A stretch of 64,000 nt of DNA from Azolla caroliniana (GCA_043228905.1 JBHGNT010000009.1:6758001-6822000), one strand, 5' to 3'; counted from the first letter of the stretch, positions 37,401 to 52,223 are shown. Numbers and translations: made by a program. Notes: generated by a model not told the origin, from the sequence alone.

Positions 37401-39755
37401 TTGAGTGGTCCTGGACACACTTGCATGGTTTTCTTCCACCATCAACATCGAAGAAGGACGGTGGTTTCTCCCGAGTGCAAATCGCTGTCTAGATTGGCTT
37501 GTACCTTTGCGCTAGACCACCGAGGCAAATTTGTACCATCTCGTCTTCGTCCACCGTCATGTTGATGAACCCGAGCGCATCACAAATCTCCTTTATCTTG
37601 GTGGTGTAGTCCATAACCGACATGTCTCTTTGTCGAATATTGTTCAACTCTTACCGGAGTTGCAACTTAGGGGTTGCGGTACTCGCGGCGAAAATCTTCC
37701 GTAGATTTTCCCAGGCCTCCTTCGGCGTCTTTGCATCCTTGAAGTGGTCAAGCATATGATCATGCACACAGGGGGTGAGGCAGTACAATACTTGACTCGC
37801 TCCATGCTCCCATACCAGGAAGTCCTTGTGTGCCGGCTCTGGCGTTGCCTCGTTGGTTCCTTCCACATATCTCCAATATCCATGCCCCAGTAGGTATTGG
37901 TGCATTTTATATGACCAGGACACATAGTTGCTCCGGTCGAGCTTCTCTGTGGGAAGTGAACTCACCATACCTCTATTACCGAGTATTAGGGTTTGTCTTC
38001 GAAAGCGTATGTCGGCTATAGAGTTTCTCAACCCTCGCGCTCAGATACCATGTGAAGGTTAGCGTGCGGAAGCATTTGATGGAAGCATAACAAGAGAATA
38101 CGCGTGGGAGAGACAAAGAGAGCAGAACATAAACTCTATTTCAAAAACTCTATCACTCTGTACATACAATGTGCTCGACAACACTATTTATAGAAGTCCT
38201 TCGAGGACTGACAGAAGTACCATGTACTTCAATGCTCATACGAGCGACTGTCACTAACTACGAGGACTCTAACTATTTAGTGGCCTAGACGTTGTCGTGA
38301 AGATTTTCGGCAACGATGTGAAAATTGCATGGAATGTACAAAATCGAGTGTGGTTCTTCACACACAATATGAAATAATAATAGTGAAGAAATTATTTGCT
38401 TAATATCTTGGTACGAAAAGAGGGATGTCTTCAAGAGCTTCCGAATGCATTTTACTACATGTGAAATGGACAACTTAGTGTCAAGTTATGTGAGTGTGAA
38501 GTTTGAGAAGAAGAAGAGGAAAACAAAACTATAAGATATCCCACATAGATAGGACACCATCAGGAATCAAGATTATATAAGTAGAGCTATATCTCTTTAT
38601 ATTTCATTATGTCTTATGAGCACAAAAAGGTTGGGTTGTATAACTTGGACGAATGGATGCGGCCAAGTTGTTCAAAATGATTTTGGAGAACCAGAACTGG
38701 ATGGCGACAGAACCGGGATCGGGAACGAACCAGGACCGGGATTGGGAACAGACGGACGGCGACAGAACCGGGCCCGGGAACGGACAGAGGACGACAGAAC
38801 CGGACCAAACCAGACCAGATGCGGATCAGAACAGTCAAGATTGGACAGACGGATTAGTTGAGTTGGTCGGATAGGTTGATCGCGACACACGGTGTCTTGA
38901 AGATTTCGGTGTGAAAGGAAAAGGCCAAGTCATTTCTTTAAGTTATATTTTTATCATTATACTTTCACATGTAAATTCTCATATTAGAGCTTGAATGAGT
39001 GACATGGTTATCATGCATCACATGTAATGCATGAGCGCCAAATGGCAAACATGCATCACATGCATTCTATGCATTGTATGCGTGTCTTGTACCCTCACAA
39101 GCATCATATGCTTGGGGGCATCTATAAAAGAGTGGATGAAAAAGATCAAAGGGGGCTATGTATTAATCAAGAAATTAATAAGAAGAAAATTTGTTATCCA
39201 ATTGATGATATATCTTGTTCCTCAAATCTAAAGTCAAGGGTTCAATCTTAATCTCTCTCAATTTCAATCTCTCTCAATCTAAAGTCAAGAGTTCTATCTT
39301 ATCTCAATCTCTCTCTTTCTCTCAATCTATCTTAAATACTTTCTAGCTAAAGCTAGTGCAAACTTTGAATCCTTCCGGTCCAGAACCCCGGCGGTTCCGC
39401 CTCACGATGCACACATAGTGACGGATTTTTCACGACAACGTGTAGAGGCTACTACTAGCCTTCCAGTTCACATTTGAATCCGGCTCCCCGATCCGGATAT
39501 CATCCAGAACCCTAGCGGTTCCGCCTCACGATCCGCACACAGTGACGGATTTTTCACGACAACGCGTATAGGCTACTACTAGCCTTCCGGCTCACATTTG
39601 AATCCGGCTCCCCGATCCATCTCTCTAATCTAGCTCCTGGTTTCGGATATCATTCGGATACCGATCCGGATATCATCCAGTTCTTCGTTCCGTATACCGA
39701 TCCAGCTCAGGGTTATCCAGTTGATCCGGATCCGGTTGAGCTTATCCGCTCAACA
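34437..39755 (-). mobile_element. internally deleted, non-autonomous copia LTR element
   Basis: exact TSD ATCAC (34432-34436 and 39756-39760); 3' LTR 34437-34865; PPT at 34866-34878; PBS TGGTATCTGAGC at ~38039-38050; 5' LTR 38051-39755 (interrupted); gag, protease and RNase H present, integrase core and most of RT absent. Confidence 0.9.
38293..39437. mobile_element. solo LTR-like insertion inside the copia 5' LTR
   Basis: inverted termini TGTCGTGAA...TTCACGACA; 4-bp TSD ACGT deduced from the uninterrupted LTR at 34721. Confidence 0.85.
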
Positions 39756-40464
39756 ATCACCAAAACACGTCGAGTGCAGGTCGAGCTACCCGAGCTCAAC
39801 ATTGTTGGTTGAAGTATACCGCGAACTGGAGAAAACCACCCGTGCGACCAAAGATATGGCTGTCAGCACCAAATAGGCGCGCAAACAGGCCAAAACGGCC
39901 ACGAAATTGTGGCAGGCCTCCGAAAGCTGCCTGACCGAACTTGAACAATGGCTCCAAGCAACTGATGAGCCCAACCATTCAAGTTCAACTTCCAACCACG
40001 TCGAGGTGTCTATACAAATGAACGAAATCAAACCCCCCGAGCCGATGCATGTGTCCACTCAAACCGAAGAATCAACCGACTCAGTACCAACCATAGGAGT
40101 GGTTGAGGTCACAAACTGTAACTATGAAGAGGAGCTCGCGGTCCAAACACTACTTTCCGACAAGGCCAAGGAACGATACAAAAAGGTCACGGCTAAATCC
40201 GACCAACTTAAGGCTCAACCAACAAAATGCAAAGTCGAACTCGAATAGCTGCTTGACGCCTGAACGGCCCAGCTCCAAGCCACAGCAAAGAATGTCGCCG
40301 CAACTGTCAAGGTCGCGTAGGACCCTACAGTAGCAAAGTTAGGGAAGTAGAGGAAGAGCATCAAAAGGCATCTTGCCAAACATCCGACGAAATCGTATCT
40401 CTAAAAAATGAACTCTTAGAACTCTAGGTCTGCTCAAGTCAGCAACTCAACTCGTCAGAAACAG

Positions 40465-40545
40465 TACTAAGACAAAGAGGGAATTAGTACTAAAAGATGT
40501 GAATTAGTACTAAGAGAAAGAAAAGGGTGTAGAACTTACAAGACA

Positions 40546-40615
<70 letters not shown>

Positions 40616-43600
40616 TGATAACAAAATATATATTATATGAAGAGAATATATAAGAATAGCTAGGAGGCGTAAGACTGGTGTTGAACCGATTTGGTTCTCA
40701 ATAATGCCATGTGCCTCTTTTTATAGTGGCTTAGGAATACCCTTGATATTTGTAGAATGTTTTAGAGAAATCTAGAATATACGTGGATTTCCTTAGTGAA
40801 ATAATAAATGGAAATAATATTTATTTGTTACAATGAATAGCTTAATGGTAACGCTTCTACCCATGTGATACAAGGTCATGGGTTCACTTCCTTTTGAAGT
40901 CATACCATGTTATATCATGACACTACCCCCTGCCCCTTAACACGACGAGTGCCATGAGTCATCGTAGATGGAGGACCTGGCTTGTCGGGAGATTGCCGAT
41001 GAAAGTCCTCTACAAGAGCTCAAGCATTTACCACATTCTGAACTAGTTCCCAAGTATGCTCTCTTGGACTATAGCCTAGCCAATCGACCAATTAGTAGAG
41101 ATTGTTGCGAACAATCTTTGAATCGTGAATGGCCACCACTTCGTACTCCGGTCCTATTTCAAGCTTGATCAAGGGTGGAGGTGGCGTAATACGATTCGGA
41201 ATAGTGTTGTCTTGATACAGTTCGAGAAGAGAACTAAGAAAAACCGGATGTATCCGTAGTTGTGGAGGTAGATCGAGACGAAAAGTGACATCATTCATTT
41301 TTCCGATAATACGGAAAGGACCTAATTGTCGATAGTCCAATTTATCGCATGCACGAATAGTCTTGATGTGTCATCGTAGTAACCATACCCGATCTCCAAT
41401 GTTAAAACTGGATGGAAGTTGATGACGATTCACATACTCCTTCTGTGTTTGTTGAGCTTGTTGCAAATGAGTAGATAAGTCTACTCGTATCTTGTGTAGC
41501 TGCTCCAAACGATCCTCTCCATAAGGATTTGTGGGTAACTCTAGAGTTTCAAATACACACCATCGAGGATGATAGCCTGTATAAGCATAAAATGGTGCAA
41601 CCCTAGTCGATAAGTGGATAGAGTTATTATACGCAAATTCGGCAAACTGGAGAATATCCACCCAATCATCTTGTTGATAGCTTAGAAAACACCAAAGATA
41701 TTGTTCAAGCGTTTAATTTGTTCTTTCTACTTGTCCGTCTGTTTGCGGGTGGTAGGCAGAGGAGAGGTTACAAGTGACCTTGAGCATTTTGAAGAGGTGC
41801 TTCCAGAATTTCGAGACGAATTGGGGTTCACGGTCGCTGATGATATTATCGGGGAGGCCATGATGTCAACATACCTCACGCATGACAGTTTCAGCGGTTT
41901 CTTCACTAGTGATTTCCTTAGTGCAAGGTAGAAAATGGGTCATCTTCATATATCGATCTACGACTCTTAAGATCGCATCGAATCCCTTCGAAATTGGAAG
42001 ATCTGTGATGAAATCTAGAGAAATGGATTGACACAGCTTGCTTGGAATTAGTAATGGTTCCAATAAACCATATGGATGATGTCTTGGTATCTTTGCTCTG
42101 CAACATGTATCACATGTCCGAACATAGTCTGCGATAAATCGTCGCATATGAGGCCACCAAAAATTATCATTGTACTAAATCTAACGTTTTAGTACTACCG
42201 AAATGCCCAGTTGTATGTGTTATGACAATTTTGGACTACTCGAAGGTGACAAGAACTATTAGGAACATACTTTCTCAAAGAATAGTAATCCATCATGACA
42301 TTCGAATTGTCGATAGTCTATACCGGGTTGTTGCGACTATGAACAAGATGCCCGAGAGGGGTCAATTTATGCTAGAATGGTTTGAGCAAAAACGTATGTC
42401 TTCAAATCCTTCCGTATGGAATCGATAATGTGGGAATCCAATGGCGTATCGAAAACCCATGTTGCTTGCAGTCGTGCCGATCCTAGGATTACTTGCTTTT
42501 GATTATCGAATGATGGCTCACCTGGACGTGGTGCTAGATACGAACGTCGTCATCACGCATCTGCCTTCCCTTGCTACTTCCCAGGGCAATATGTAATTTT
42601 GAAGTCAAAACGAGTGAGGAATTGGGCCCACTGAGCTTGACGTTGATTTAATAAACGAGCATTTTGGAAGTAGGCAAGATGTTTATGATCGTTGAATACG
42701 GTGACTTGATGAGAAGATCCCTCTAGAAAATGCCTCCATTGTGTAAAAGAGTCCACTATTACTAATAACTCGTCATGAATTTTGTAGTTGATTTCGACAG
42801 CGTCAAACTTGCGTGAGTGGAAAGCCACAAGATGTAGCTTTTCATCATCGCCTTGTTGTGACAGAATGCTACCCAAGGTGAAATCCAACGTGTTTGCCTC
42901 CATGATGAACGGTTTTTTCAGATCAACATGAGCTAGAATAGGACCTTATGTAGATGCCTTCTTAAGACTCACAAAAGCCATGTCCGCTTCTTTAGACCAA
43001 ACAAACAATTGCCCCTTCTTGGTAAGTTATGTGAGAGGCAGAATAAGCTTTGAATAATCTTGTATAAACTTGCGGTAGAAATTGGCAAAGCCTAAAAAGC
43101 ATTGCACATCTCGCAATGAGCGTGGAGTCTGCCACTCTACCATAGTTTGACTTGGTTGGATCCATAGAAATGCCTTCCGAGGAGATGACATAACCTAGAA
43201 ATTCCACCTAGCTGCACTCGAAACTACATTTTTCCAGTTTTGCATAAAGACCATGTTCTCGAAGTCGTTTTAGTACTAATATACATGAGAATCATGCTCT
43301 TCTTCGGTCTTTGAATAAAGCAGTAGATCATCCAAATAGATGATCAAACAAACATCCAAGAGATCTCGAAATATATCATTTGCCATGTGTTGGAAGACTG
43401 ACGGCACATTAGTGAGACCGAATGGCATGACCGTATACTCGAAGTGCCCATATCTGGTGCGAAACGCAGTCTTCCATTCATCTCCTGGTTGGATCTGTAC
43501 GTGGTTATATGCTCCTCGTAAGTTGATCTTTGTGAAGAATCTTGCACCATTGATCCATTCTAAAAGACTTGAGATAAGGGGGAATGCAAACTTATTCTTG

Positions 43601-46451
43601 ATGGTGACCTTATTCAAGCCACAGTAATCTACGACGAGACGAATTGATCCATCCTTTATCTTGACAAAGAAAATGGGTGTGTCGGCTAGAGATTTCGAAT
43701 GTCGAATAAAACCATTTGCCAAATTCTCCTCTATATAGGCTAGAAGGACTTCTAGCTCGGTTGGTGACAAGATGTAGATCGGTCCCCATGGTGGCTCTTT
43801 TCCCTGTTGTAAATCAAGGGGCAATCATACGGTCGGTAGTGAGGAAGCATATTGGCTTGTACCTTATCGAAGACATCGGCATAATGACGATACTTCTCTG
43901 GAAGTTGAACTGTGGATTCCTCTTTAGTGGTGTTAGAAGGTTTTACTGATATTGTGAAGACAAACATTGCTTCCTTGCATCCTTCCTCATGCAATTGATG
44001 TAGCGAAATGGTTGCAATCCTATGAGTAGATTCTTGGGTTTGTCGATACCAGAATTCTCGTGTTCTCCAATCTATGTCTGGGTTATGTAATTCGAACCAT
44101 GGCAACCCCAAGACAATTGGATGATCTGGACTACTAATTATATTAAATGATACTACACACACCAAGCTATCTAGGACAACCTGAATCGGCTCAAACTCTT
44201 CTACGATATTTCTGGAAGTAATGGGATGACCATCAATAATTACTATAGATACTGGGAAAGAAAGTTTTCTTAGGGATATCTAATGAGCTTGGGCAAAATT
44301 CCTATCCATGAAGTAAGAGTTGGCTCCGGAATCTAAGAGTGTTGAGACATGTACTAGAGGAGTACTTTTAGTACTAACCATTACTTGAGCTAAGAACACA
44401 TTGCTAACTTGCTTATAGGGAATGGAACCACTAATGGGTTGCACAGAACTAGGGTTATCCAACCAAACGGTGTCGTGTCGAAGCACGTCGCGTATAAGAG
44501 CTTGGCGTGTCCGGGCGGAACCGCTAGAGTTCTGAACCAGGAGAGAGTGGAAATAAGAAGATGAAAGAGAAGAGTGGGAAGTCGAGTCGGAAGTATCTCA
44601 ATAGTCACGAGTGGTTTGCACCCTACCCGCGAAGACAAAGAAAACCTTATATCATTCCACCTATGAAACCAAATTAAGTGTGCAAACACAGATTGGAAAG
44701 CCCTCTAGAAGAGCTTTCCAACGAGCTATAGAACGTCGAAAACAAACGTCAGAATTCACTATTTCTTCGAGAGAAAACCCTTTACAAAATAGGCCACGTG
44801 GCACACACCTAGAGAAGCTTGTGCATGTGCGCGATATAAAGCATGTGGGCCATGTGGAACACATGTAGAGAAACTTTGCATGTGCGTTATATGGTGCACA
44901 TGAAATACATTACATGGTTTTGACTACACAACATTTGTTCCAAAATAATGCAAACAAATCCCTAAGAACAATAATACTAAAGAACTTTGAGTTTAGAATG
45001 TAAATCAACTCCAATGAGTCGAATCAAGTGGATCTCCAAGGAGTGCTGGGTCACTGAACCAAGTCGAGATGCGTGGTTGTAGTTGAGGCAGGTGTGGAAT
45101 CGTGGTGGCACCAATCAGTCGTATCTTGTTACAACAACGGTTCCTATTTTGGCTGGACTTAATCGTTTGACTCTTCTTCTCGTTGACTAAGGATTTCAAA
45201 TTTGTTTGAAAGGCTTGGGCTATTAGGACTATTACACACGCTTAAAGAAATAGACTCAGGTTTAGTACTAGCGATTATTTGATTTACCTATCTTCTTGGC
45301 CGATAGGGACAGTTCACTGCAATATGCCCCGGTCCACCGTGATAAAGACATAATCAATTTGCACAGCGTCGCTGCTTTTACTCTTCCAATAGTGGTCTGT
45401 GACGATATGGTGTGTCGATTTCCATTGGAGTAGGAGTATTTGTTGGAGACGCATTAAATGACTCCCTTCGGAAAGGCTTTGCTACAACTGAAGCATAGGT
45501 GGGTTTAGATCTTGTCCTCGACATTTGGAACTGATGTGTCGAACGTCATTCGAAGAGGCGGTTATCTAATCGTACCGCGCAACTAATTGCTTCTGTCAAT
45601 GACTTTGGTTTTTTGGGGAAGGTCAAGAGTAAATTCTTGACATCGTTACGTAGGCCATAACAAAATTGCTCCTTTAATGCTTGGTCATCCTAGGGGATAT
45701 CGGAGGCGAGTAGACGAAAATCTACAACGTATACGGAGGCTGCACAATCACCTTGACGTAATCATTGGATTTTGTTGATTGTCATCCTTATGCTATTAAT
45801 ATCTCCAAAACAAGCTTTGAACTCACTTATAAACTCTTCAAAATTGTTTAGTAATGGAGATTCCTTTTCTAACAACGGAGTGAACCATGACAAAGTTGAG
45901 CCACTTAACAACGTGTCTACTAGACCCACTCGTGATGCATCGATAGAATATCGGGAAGGATACATTTGAATGACTAATGGTACCTGATTAAGGAATCCTC
46001 TAAACTGTGATCGCATTCCATCGAATTTCAGAGGAAGGTCGATCTTAGGTTCCTTATAAATCTCTGCATACTTGGTCCTTGTTGTTGCAACGCTACAATG
46101 GTTGCTTCAAGTTGTTGCACACATAACACTAGTTCCCCATGTTGTTGTGTCTGCTGCTTTTCTAAGGAGATTTGTTGAAGATTCCCCAAGAGTCATTGAT
46201 TTTCTTGTTCCAATGCGAGGAACTTCTCTTTCATGCATTATAACTCTGAGAAAACGGATTGATATTCTTGCGCGCTAACAATCAAAAGATAAGAGGGATA
46301 AGAGGATTAGTATGAAGAGAGGGAAGAGTAAGAAAATAAAAAGGACAAAATTGGTTCAAACTATCAAGAACAATACTAAGACAGAGAGGAAATTAGTACT
46401 AAAACTAAGAGAGAGAAAAGGGTGTAAAACTCACGAGAGAAAGAAAGAAAG

Positions 46452-46493
<42 letters not shown>

Positions 46494-46798
46494 ATAATAA
46501 CAAAAGATATATTATATGAAAAGAATATATAAGAATAGCTAGGAGGCGACTGGCGTTGAACCGATTTGGTTCTCAATAATGCCATGTGCCTCTTTTTATA
46601 GTGGCTTAAGAATACTCTTGACATTTGTAAAATGTTTCAAAGAAATCTAGAATATACATAGATTTCTTAAGTAAAATAATAAATGGAAATAATATTTTAT
46701 ATATTACAATGAATAGCTTAATGATAAGGTTTCCACCCATGTGACACAAGGTCATGGGTTCAAATCCTTTTGAAATCATACCATGCTATATCATGACA
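40465..46798 (-). mobile_element. Ty3/gypsy chromovirus (Tcn1-like), decayed
   Basis: LTRs ~40465-40922 (truncated) and ~46300-46798, both starting TGTCATGATATA on minus; PPT GGGGCAGGGGGTAG; Ty3 gag, LLDSGA protease, RT IYLDD, RNase H, integrase, chromodomain EYEVVAIHDSK...WLGYS..TWE. Confidence 0.92.
44402..45236. mobile_element. probable solo LTR between gypsy gag and protease
   Basis: TG...TTACA termini, degenerate TSD CACAT/CACGC; removal rejoins SISLSVFLAQVMV. Confidence 0.65.
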
Positions 46799-47789
46799 CA
46801 ATTGTGGGAACAAACCAAGCAAGAGAGAACCATATTAGCAAAGTTCTTTCACCAACTGCAAATCTCCGCCACCCTAGAACTCGAACAATAGAACTGTTAT
46901 ATGCAAGAGTTAAACAATAATTCGGATCAACTCCTCCGACACTACAACCAACATAAGGAGGAGATGGCCGCAAAACTAGTCATCGTAACCACATCATGCA
47001 AAATCCTGAAAACTAAATTCCAAAAGGACGCAACAAGAGCTAAAGACGAACTAGACACCTTCCAAGCCAAATACGAAATGGGCGAAACACAACACAAATC
47101 AAAGCTTTAGTGGCAAAGCACCGGCTGAAGCTTAATCAAAAAGTTGAGGAGGCTCTAGCTCACAAGTGGAAAGAATGATCGGTTCAAGCAATCGAATTAC
47201 AGGTCTTCCGAGCAGAAGCCGATAATCAAAAGAAAGAGGTTCGCCACTTCTATAAGATGGATGAGAACAACATCCAATGATGAGCCGCCTTCAACTCCAA
47301 CCCATCAACAATTGGCACACCCAAACGGCCTACCTCCCTTGAGAAGAAGTCTCTCTCTCTTTCTCCCTGTGCTTCTGAGTCCTTCCTAGCTTGCGAGCTT
47401 TGCTAGCCATGGCCGATCTCTCCATGGTAACTACCCTAAAACAGTAAGAAATATGTTGAACAGAACCACAACCACTACCACTTCATCTTCTTCCTCCTCC
47501 ACTATCACCACTACGAATATCTCCTCCTCAGGTCAGAAACACCATTGCAAGTCTTGTTCTTCTCTACACAGCTAAATACACAACTCTTCCCTTCCTATAA
47601 TGGCAATTACTTCTCGTCATTCCTTGCCCACCACACAGTTCCATTCAAGCCCTATGATTGATTACATAGCTCCATGATTAGATGAAGAAACCACTGAGAA
47701 GCAAAGGAAAACTCTCAACGGTGGCCTATCAGATGGGGCTAAGGTTGTTAATGGTAAATACTAAAAAGTGTTGGATCTATCCATTAAGT

Positions 47790-47970
47790 CAAAATGGAAT
47801 GACACCCCTTTATTTGGGTGTTAATGGTATTCGGTTCAGGGGGTGAGGCATCAACAACATTAGATTGTAGAGGCATTGTTACGCATTCGTGCATCTGCCA
47901 ATGTTACTGATAGTGAAGGAAAGACTCCTTTACGACATCTTTCGAAAAAGTCCCTAAGTCATTAGAAGCC
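47790..47970 (+). pseudogene. ankyrin-repeat gene fragment
   Basis: NGMTPLYLGV/WYSVQ...IVEALLRIRASANVTDSEGKTPLRHL with a frameshift and a stop. Confidence 0.55.
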
Positions 47971-48147
47971 CTGTCATCTAATCCAAAAATGAAGGATATC
48001 CATTCGCAACGGGCAGACGACAGCCAACCAGCCGGCAGTCGAGGGACGGCGGAGAGAATCGGCCTAGCCATGGCTGAGAAAGCGGCCGAGAGAAGCCGAG
48101 AGTCGGCCTAGCCACGGGCTGAGAAAGCGGCCAAGAAGCCGAGAGAG

Positions 48148-48256
48148 ACGGCCGAGAAAGCGAGAATTGGCCGAGAAAGCTAGAATTGGCCGAGAAGGCG
48201 AGAATTGGCCGAGAAAGCGAGAATTGGCCGAGAAAGCGAGAATTGGCCGAGAAGCC
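48148..48256. repeat. 19-bp tandem repeat (~5 copies) in a GC-rich repeat element
   Basis: unit GAGAATTGGCCGAGAAAGC. Confidence 0.85.
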
Positions 48257-49419
48257 GATCCACATCCTCGGCCGAGACACTAGGCCAAGCACTGGCCAAG
48301 GGACGACGCTACAAACAGTGGCCAAATACCGGCAGACAAATAATCATACAGAGAGCCGAGCAGACAATGATGGAGATGGCCACGGCTGCAAAGACAGCCG
48401 GCCAAGAGCGACGACCACGGACATAGACGTCCGATGACTCGCCACGAACAGAGAGCAACAGAGAGCATCGAGGCAGTGACAGAAACAAAACGAGGGAAGA
48501 AAACCCTAAACCACCAAAATAGGGTAGAAAACCCTAGACGCGTAGAAAGGAGGAAGCAACAGCAGCAGAAGGTAAAAAAGAAGACATGAAGAAATAGAAA
48601 GAGAAGGAAACGAAGAATGCAAGAACGCGAAGCAGAAAGAAAGAAAGGAAAGAGGAAAAGCAAGAAAAAGAAAGACAAACAGAGGGAAGAAGAAAGAAGA
48701 AACAAGTACAAGAAAAGGAAACCTAAAAAAGAGGGGTACAAAACATCGAATTTCAAAAACTCAAGGGCAGCTGGTAGAATTCCAAAAATCTGAGGTTACA
48801 AAAAAAAATTGAGGGGTACGAAATAGAATTTCAGAAACTCAATGATACAAAAAACTCATCACCACTCACACATACACCCACAATCATTTTTAAACCTAAG
48901 AGACTTTACTATAGTGGACGAGCCGATTGGTGTGTGAGATCCAATCGTGCGATCTGTTGACCAAACGAGAAGGTTCGTGTTAAGCCAACGACAATCGAAG
49001 TTATCGATCATAGAACAGTGATCCAGTCGAGGGATTTCTGACCGATGAGAGAAGAGAAGACCGATGGAGTTTCCGGTCAACGAGTTTTTAGCATGGGCTT
49101 GTGGGTTCAATGTGCAATGCACAGTCCCACGAGTGTGCCAAGTGTTACCCGTATAGGTGTACGGGAAGGTTAATGGTCTAATGTGTATAGTGTGTAATGT
49201 GTAATATGAAATGTTAATGTGTGAGTGTTAGGTGGGGTAAGTAGGTGTAACTACCCTTAATCGGCTTTTTTAAACCACATGTATGGGGCATGAAAAAAAA
49301 GGAAAAAATATAGTGAAGTTACCCCTCAACTGTATCTATCTCGATTCTCCCTCTCTCTCATTTTGTGTGTGTGTCTCTCTCCTTCTCTCCCTCAGATTTG
49401 AACCCCCTCCCCCACCATC

Positions 49420-52223
49420 AACATGGTACATGTGAAGCAAGGGGATGAATTGATAGTGGATCCTACTACAATAATCGACATATGTGTTCATTACTTTAAG
49501 GAGTTTATTGGCCCACAATTGTTAATGACAAATGAAGTGAGTAGAGCACGTCAGGAGTCTTATGATGTGGTTGGATTTATTGTGCATGACCTCATTAGTC
49601 ATGAATTGGATGCGGACTTCATTGAGGATGAGGTGGACACAGTTTTAAGGCATCTTCCTAATGGTAAGAGCCTTGGTTAGGATGGCTTGACAAATGAAGT
49701 TTTTAAGCGATATTCGAACATTTTAAAGGGGCCCTTAACTTTGATGTTTCAACATTATTGGGATTATGGTTGTATGCCTCAAGCTTAGAAGGTTGGTCTA
49801 ATTAAATTAGCTCCAAATGTAGCATCTCTCAAGTCCTTTCATCAATGAAGACCTATTTCTTTGATAGGGGGGGTTGTATAAGATATTTACAAAGGTCTTG
49901 GCAAATAGATTACAAAAGTATTTGCCAAAGTTGATAAATCCCACCCAATATGGTTTTATTGTAGGTAGGAATATATTGCACAATGTGTTGAATGTTCAAA
50001 TGGTCATGTATTATGCTCGAAACACTCATCAAGCATTGATTATGGTGCAATTAGATGGGAATTAGATTTGGAGAAAGCTTATGATCATTTTAGTTGGTCC
50101 TTTATATCTAGGTTAATACATACAATGGGCTTTGGACCTCGTATGTCTCACCTCATATTTTTATTAGGACAAGATGTGAAGTCTCGAGTAATGCTTAATG
50201 GGGGAGTAACATTAGATATTGCCCTCACAAGATCCGTTCATCAAGGATGCCCTCTTAAGCCCATTGTTATCTGTTATTGTTACTCATCCTTTGTTAGTGA
50301 TGCTATCAAGGCTTGCAACAAATGGTGACATTGTGGGTCTACACCTTTCTTCTAGAGGGCAACTAGTAGCACAAGCTTTGGTTGACGATTCTTTCATGTT
50401 TCTACAAGCCTCACGAGAGAATCTTGAGAAGGGGATGCATGTATGGAACCAATTTGCATTGGCTTCCGGATTATATATTAATTGGAGGAAGTCTAGTCTC
50501 ATATCATGTACTGAAAGGGATTTGGAATGTTTAGGATGACAAGGATCTGTGGTGAAGAAAGGCTCTATTTTTCGACACTTGGGCTATCCATTAGAAATGA
50601 ATGTTACAAATGGTCAATTGATTGAATGGATGTCTAGTAAGTCGACAGATAAGTTCATGTATTGGAAGTCACAATCTTGGCCATTTTATGTATGCTTGAA
50701 GGTTATACAATGTATTATGGAACCCATGATATTATATTACTTGTCATTGTTGCCATGGACAAAGAAGGCTTTGCATTCTATTTTGCAACCTCTTTGATAT
50801 TTGTTGTGGAAGAAGAGGGATACGATGGGAATCACTTGGGTTGCGTGGAATCATCTAGCAACCCCTAAGCGCTTGGGGGGAGCTGGAATATTGAGCTTAT
50901 CTATGCATATGATGGCTCGTAGATTTTCATTATTACAAGACATGTGTTCAAACTCACAACCATGGATATCTATTGTTCAATGTTTCATTGAGAACAAGGG
51001 TTTAACACATGGGAGGACAATGATTAAGGCTCCATGGTGGAAATTATTGAATGGATGTATTTCACTTAGGATTCCAGGCTCTTCATGTGTTGAACACTTG
51101 GTTACCTCATGGCAAGAAGCACTCTTGTTATGTGAACGGAAACCATCATCTAGTAGAGAGCATTAAAATTCTTTGCAATTCTTCTCGGTTATTATGTTGG
51201 CCAGGAAAGGAGAGATTGCATTCTCAATTTAATCGTTTGTTTCGTTTGGGAGTCAAATAGGTGGGAGATATAGTTGAGCCTCCATCTCAAAGAGTTTTGG
51301 AGTTTGTTGACACATGACAATTATTACGCATCCTCCCTAATTATGGGTTTATTTGGCAACAACTACAAAATATTGCATTGATGCAAGGTACCTTACCTCG
51401 ACAAATAGGAGAACAATCGTGGATTGATTGGTGTTTACAGGATCAAACGACATTGTTACAAGTGACTACTAATCTTTTGTATCATTGATCTGTTGAGTCA
51501 CTTGGATGGTTATCATCTAAGGTTGAAAAAGAATGGAAAATACACAAATCTGATCCTGGGTGGTGGTAGATCTTACAATGTAATTGGCATTCTAAATTGC
51601 CACTTGTAGCAAAGGTCTTCATTTGGAGAGTTTTGATTGGAGGATTGCCTTTGAGATTAACTCTAAAGCGTCATGAACTAGCAACGGAGGGTAATTGCTT
51701 GTTTTTTATTGTTCAAATGGAAGATAGTACTCATAGATTTCTATAGTGTCTAATTGCTTGTGATTTGGAGTTACATTTCTCAAATTTGGCAAGTTTTATC
51801 ATAGTGTTACTTGAAACCTAGACAGTGGGTGTTTGCACAATTTACAAAGGTTGACCCAAAATCAGAGATGGAGATAGTTTTTCTATTTCTAAGATATTGG
51901 GGATTGCGTCATAATTGGAACATGTGTTGTCGTAGTGTATTTCGTTCACGTAATCGAAAGGCACGACAGTGCAATGCTTTTGTATTTGATGGTAGAAATG
52001 GAGTGAAAGCATATCTACGAAAATTGAAGGGAGTACTAATGTGACAATTTTCTTTATTGGAGCAAGTGGAAATTCTTTCCTCAATAGAGTGTTCGTCTTG
52101 CCTATTGGCAATTCAACATGTTCCACTACCCATGTAGTGTAGTTAGTGGGTAACCATACTCCATTGTCACATATTGTAAGTAGTGTTTTTTACACACATT
52201 TATTAATATAATTGTGTGTTTTC

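Noticed and set aside
47978-48756. several overlapping ORFs
   Set aside because: Derived from a 19-bp repeat and purine-rich low-complexity DNA
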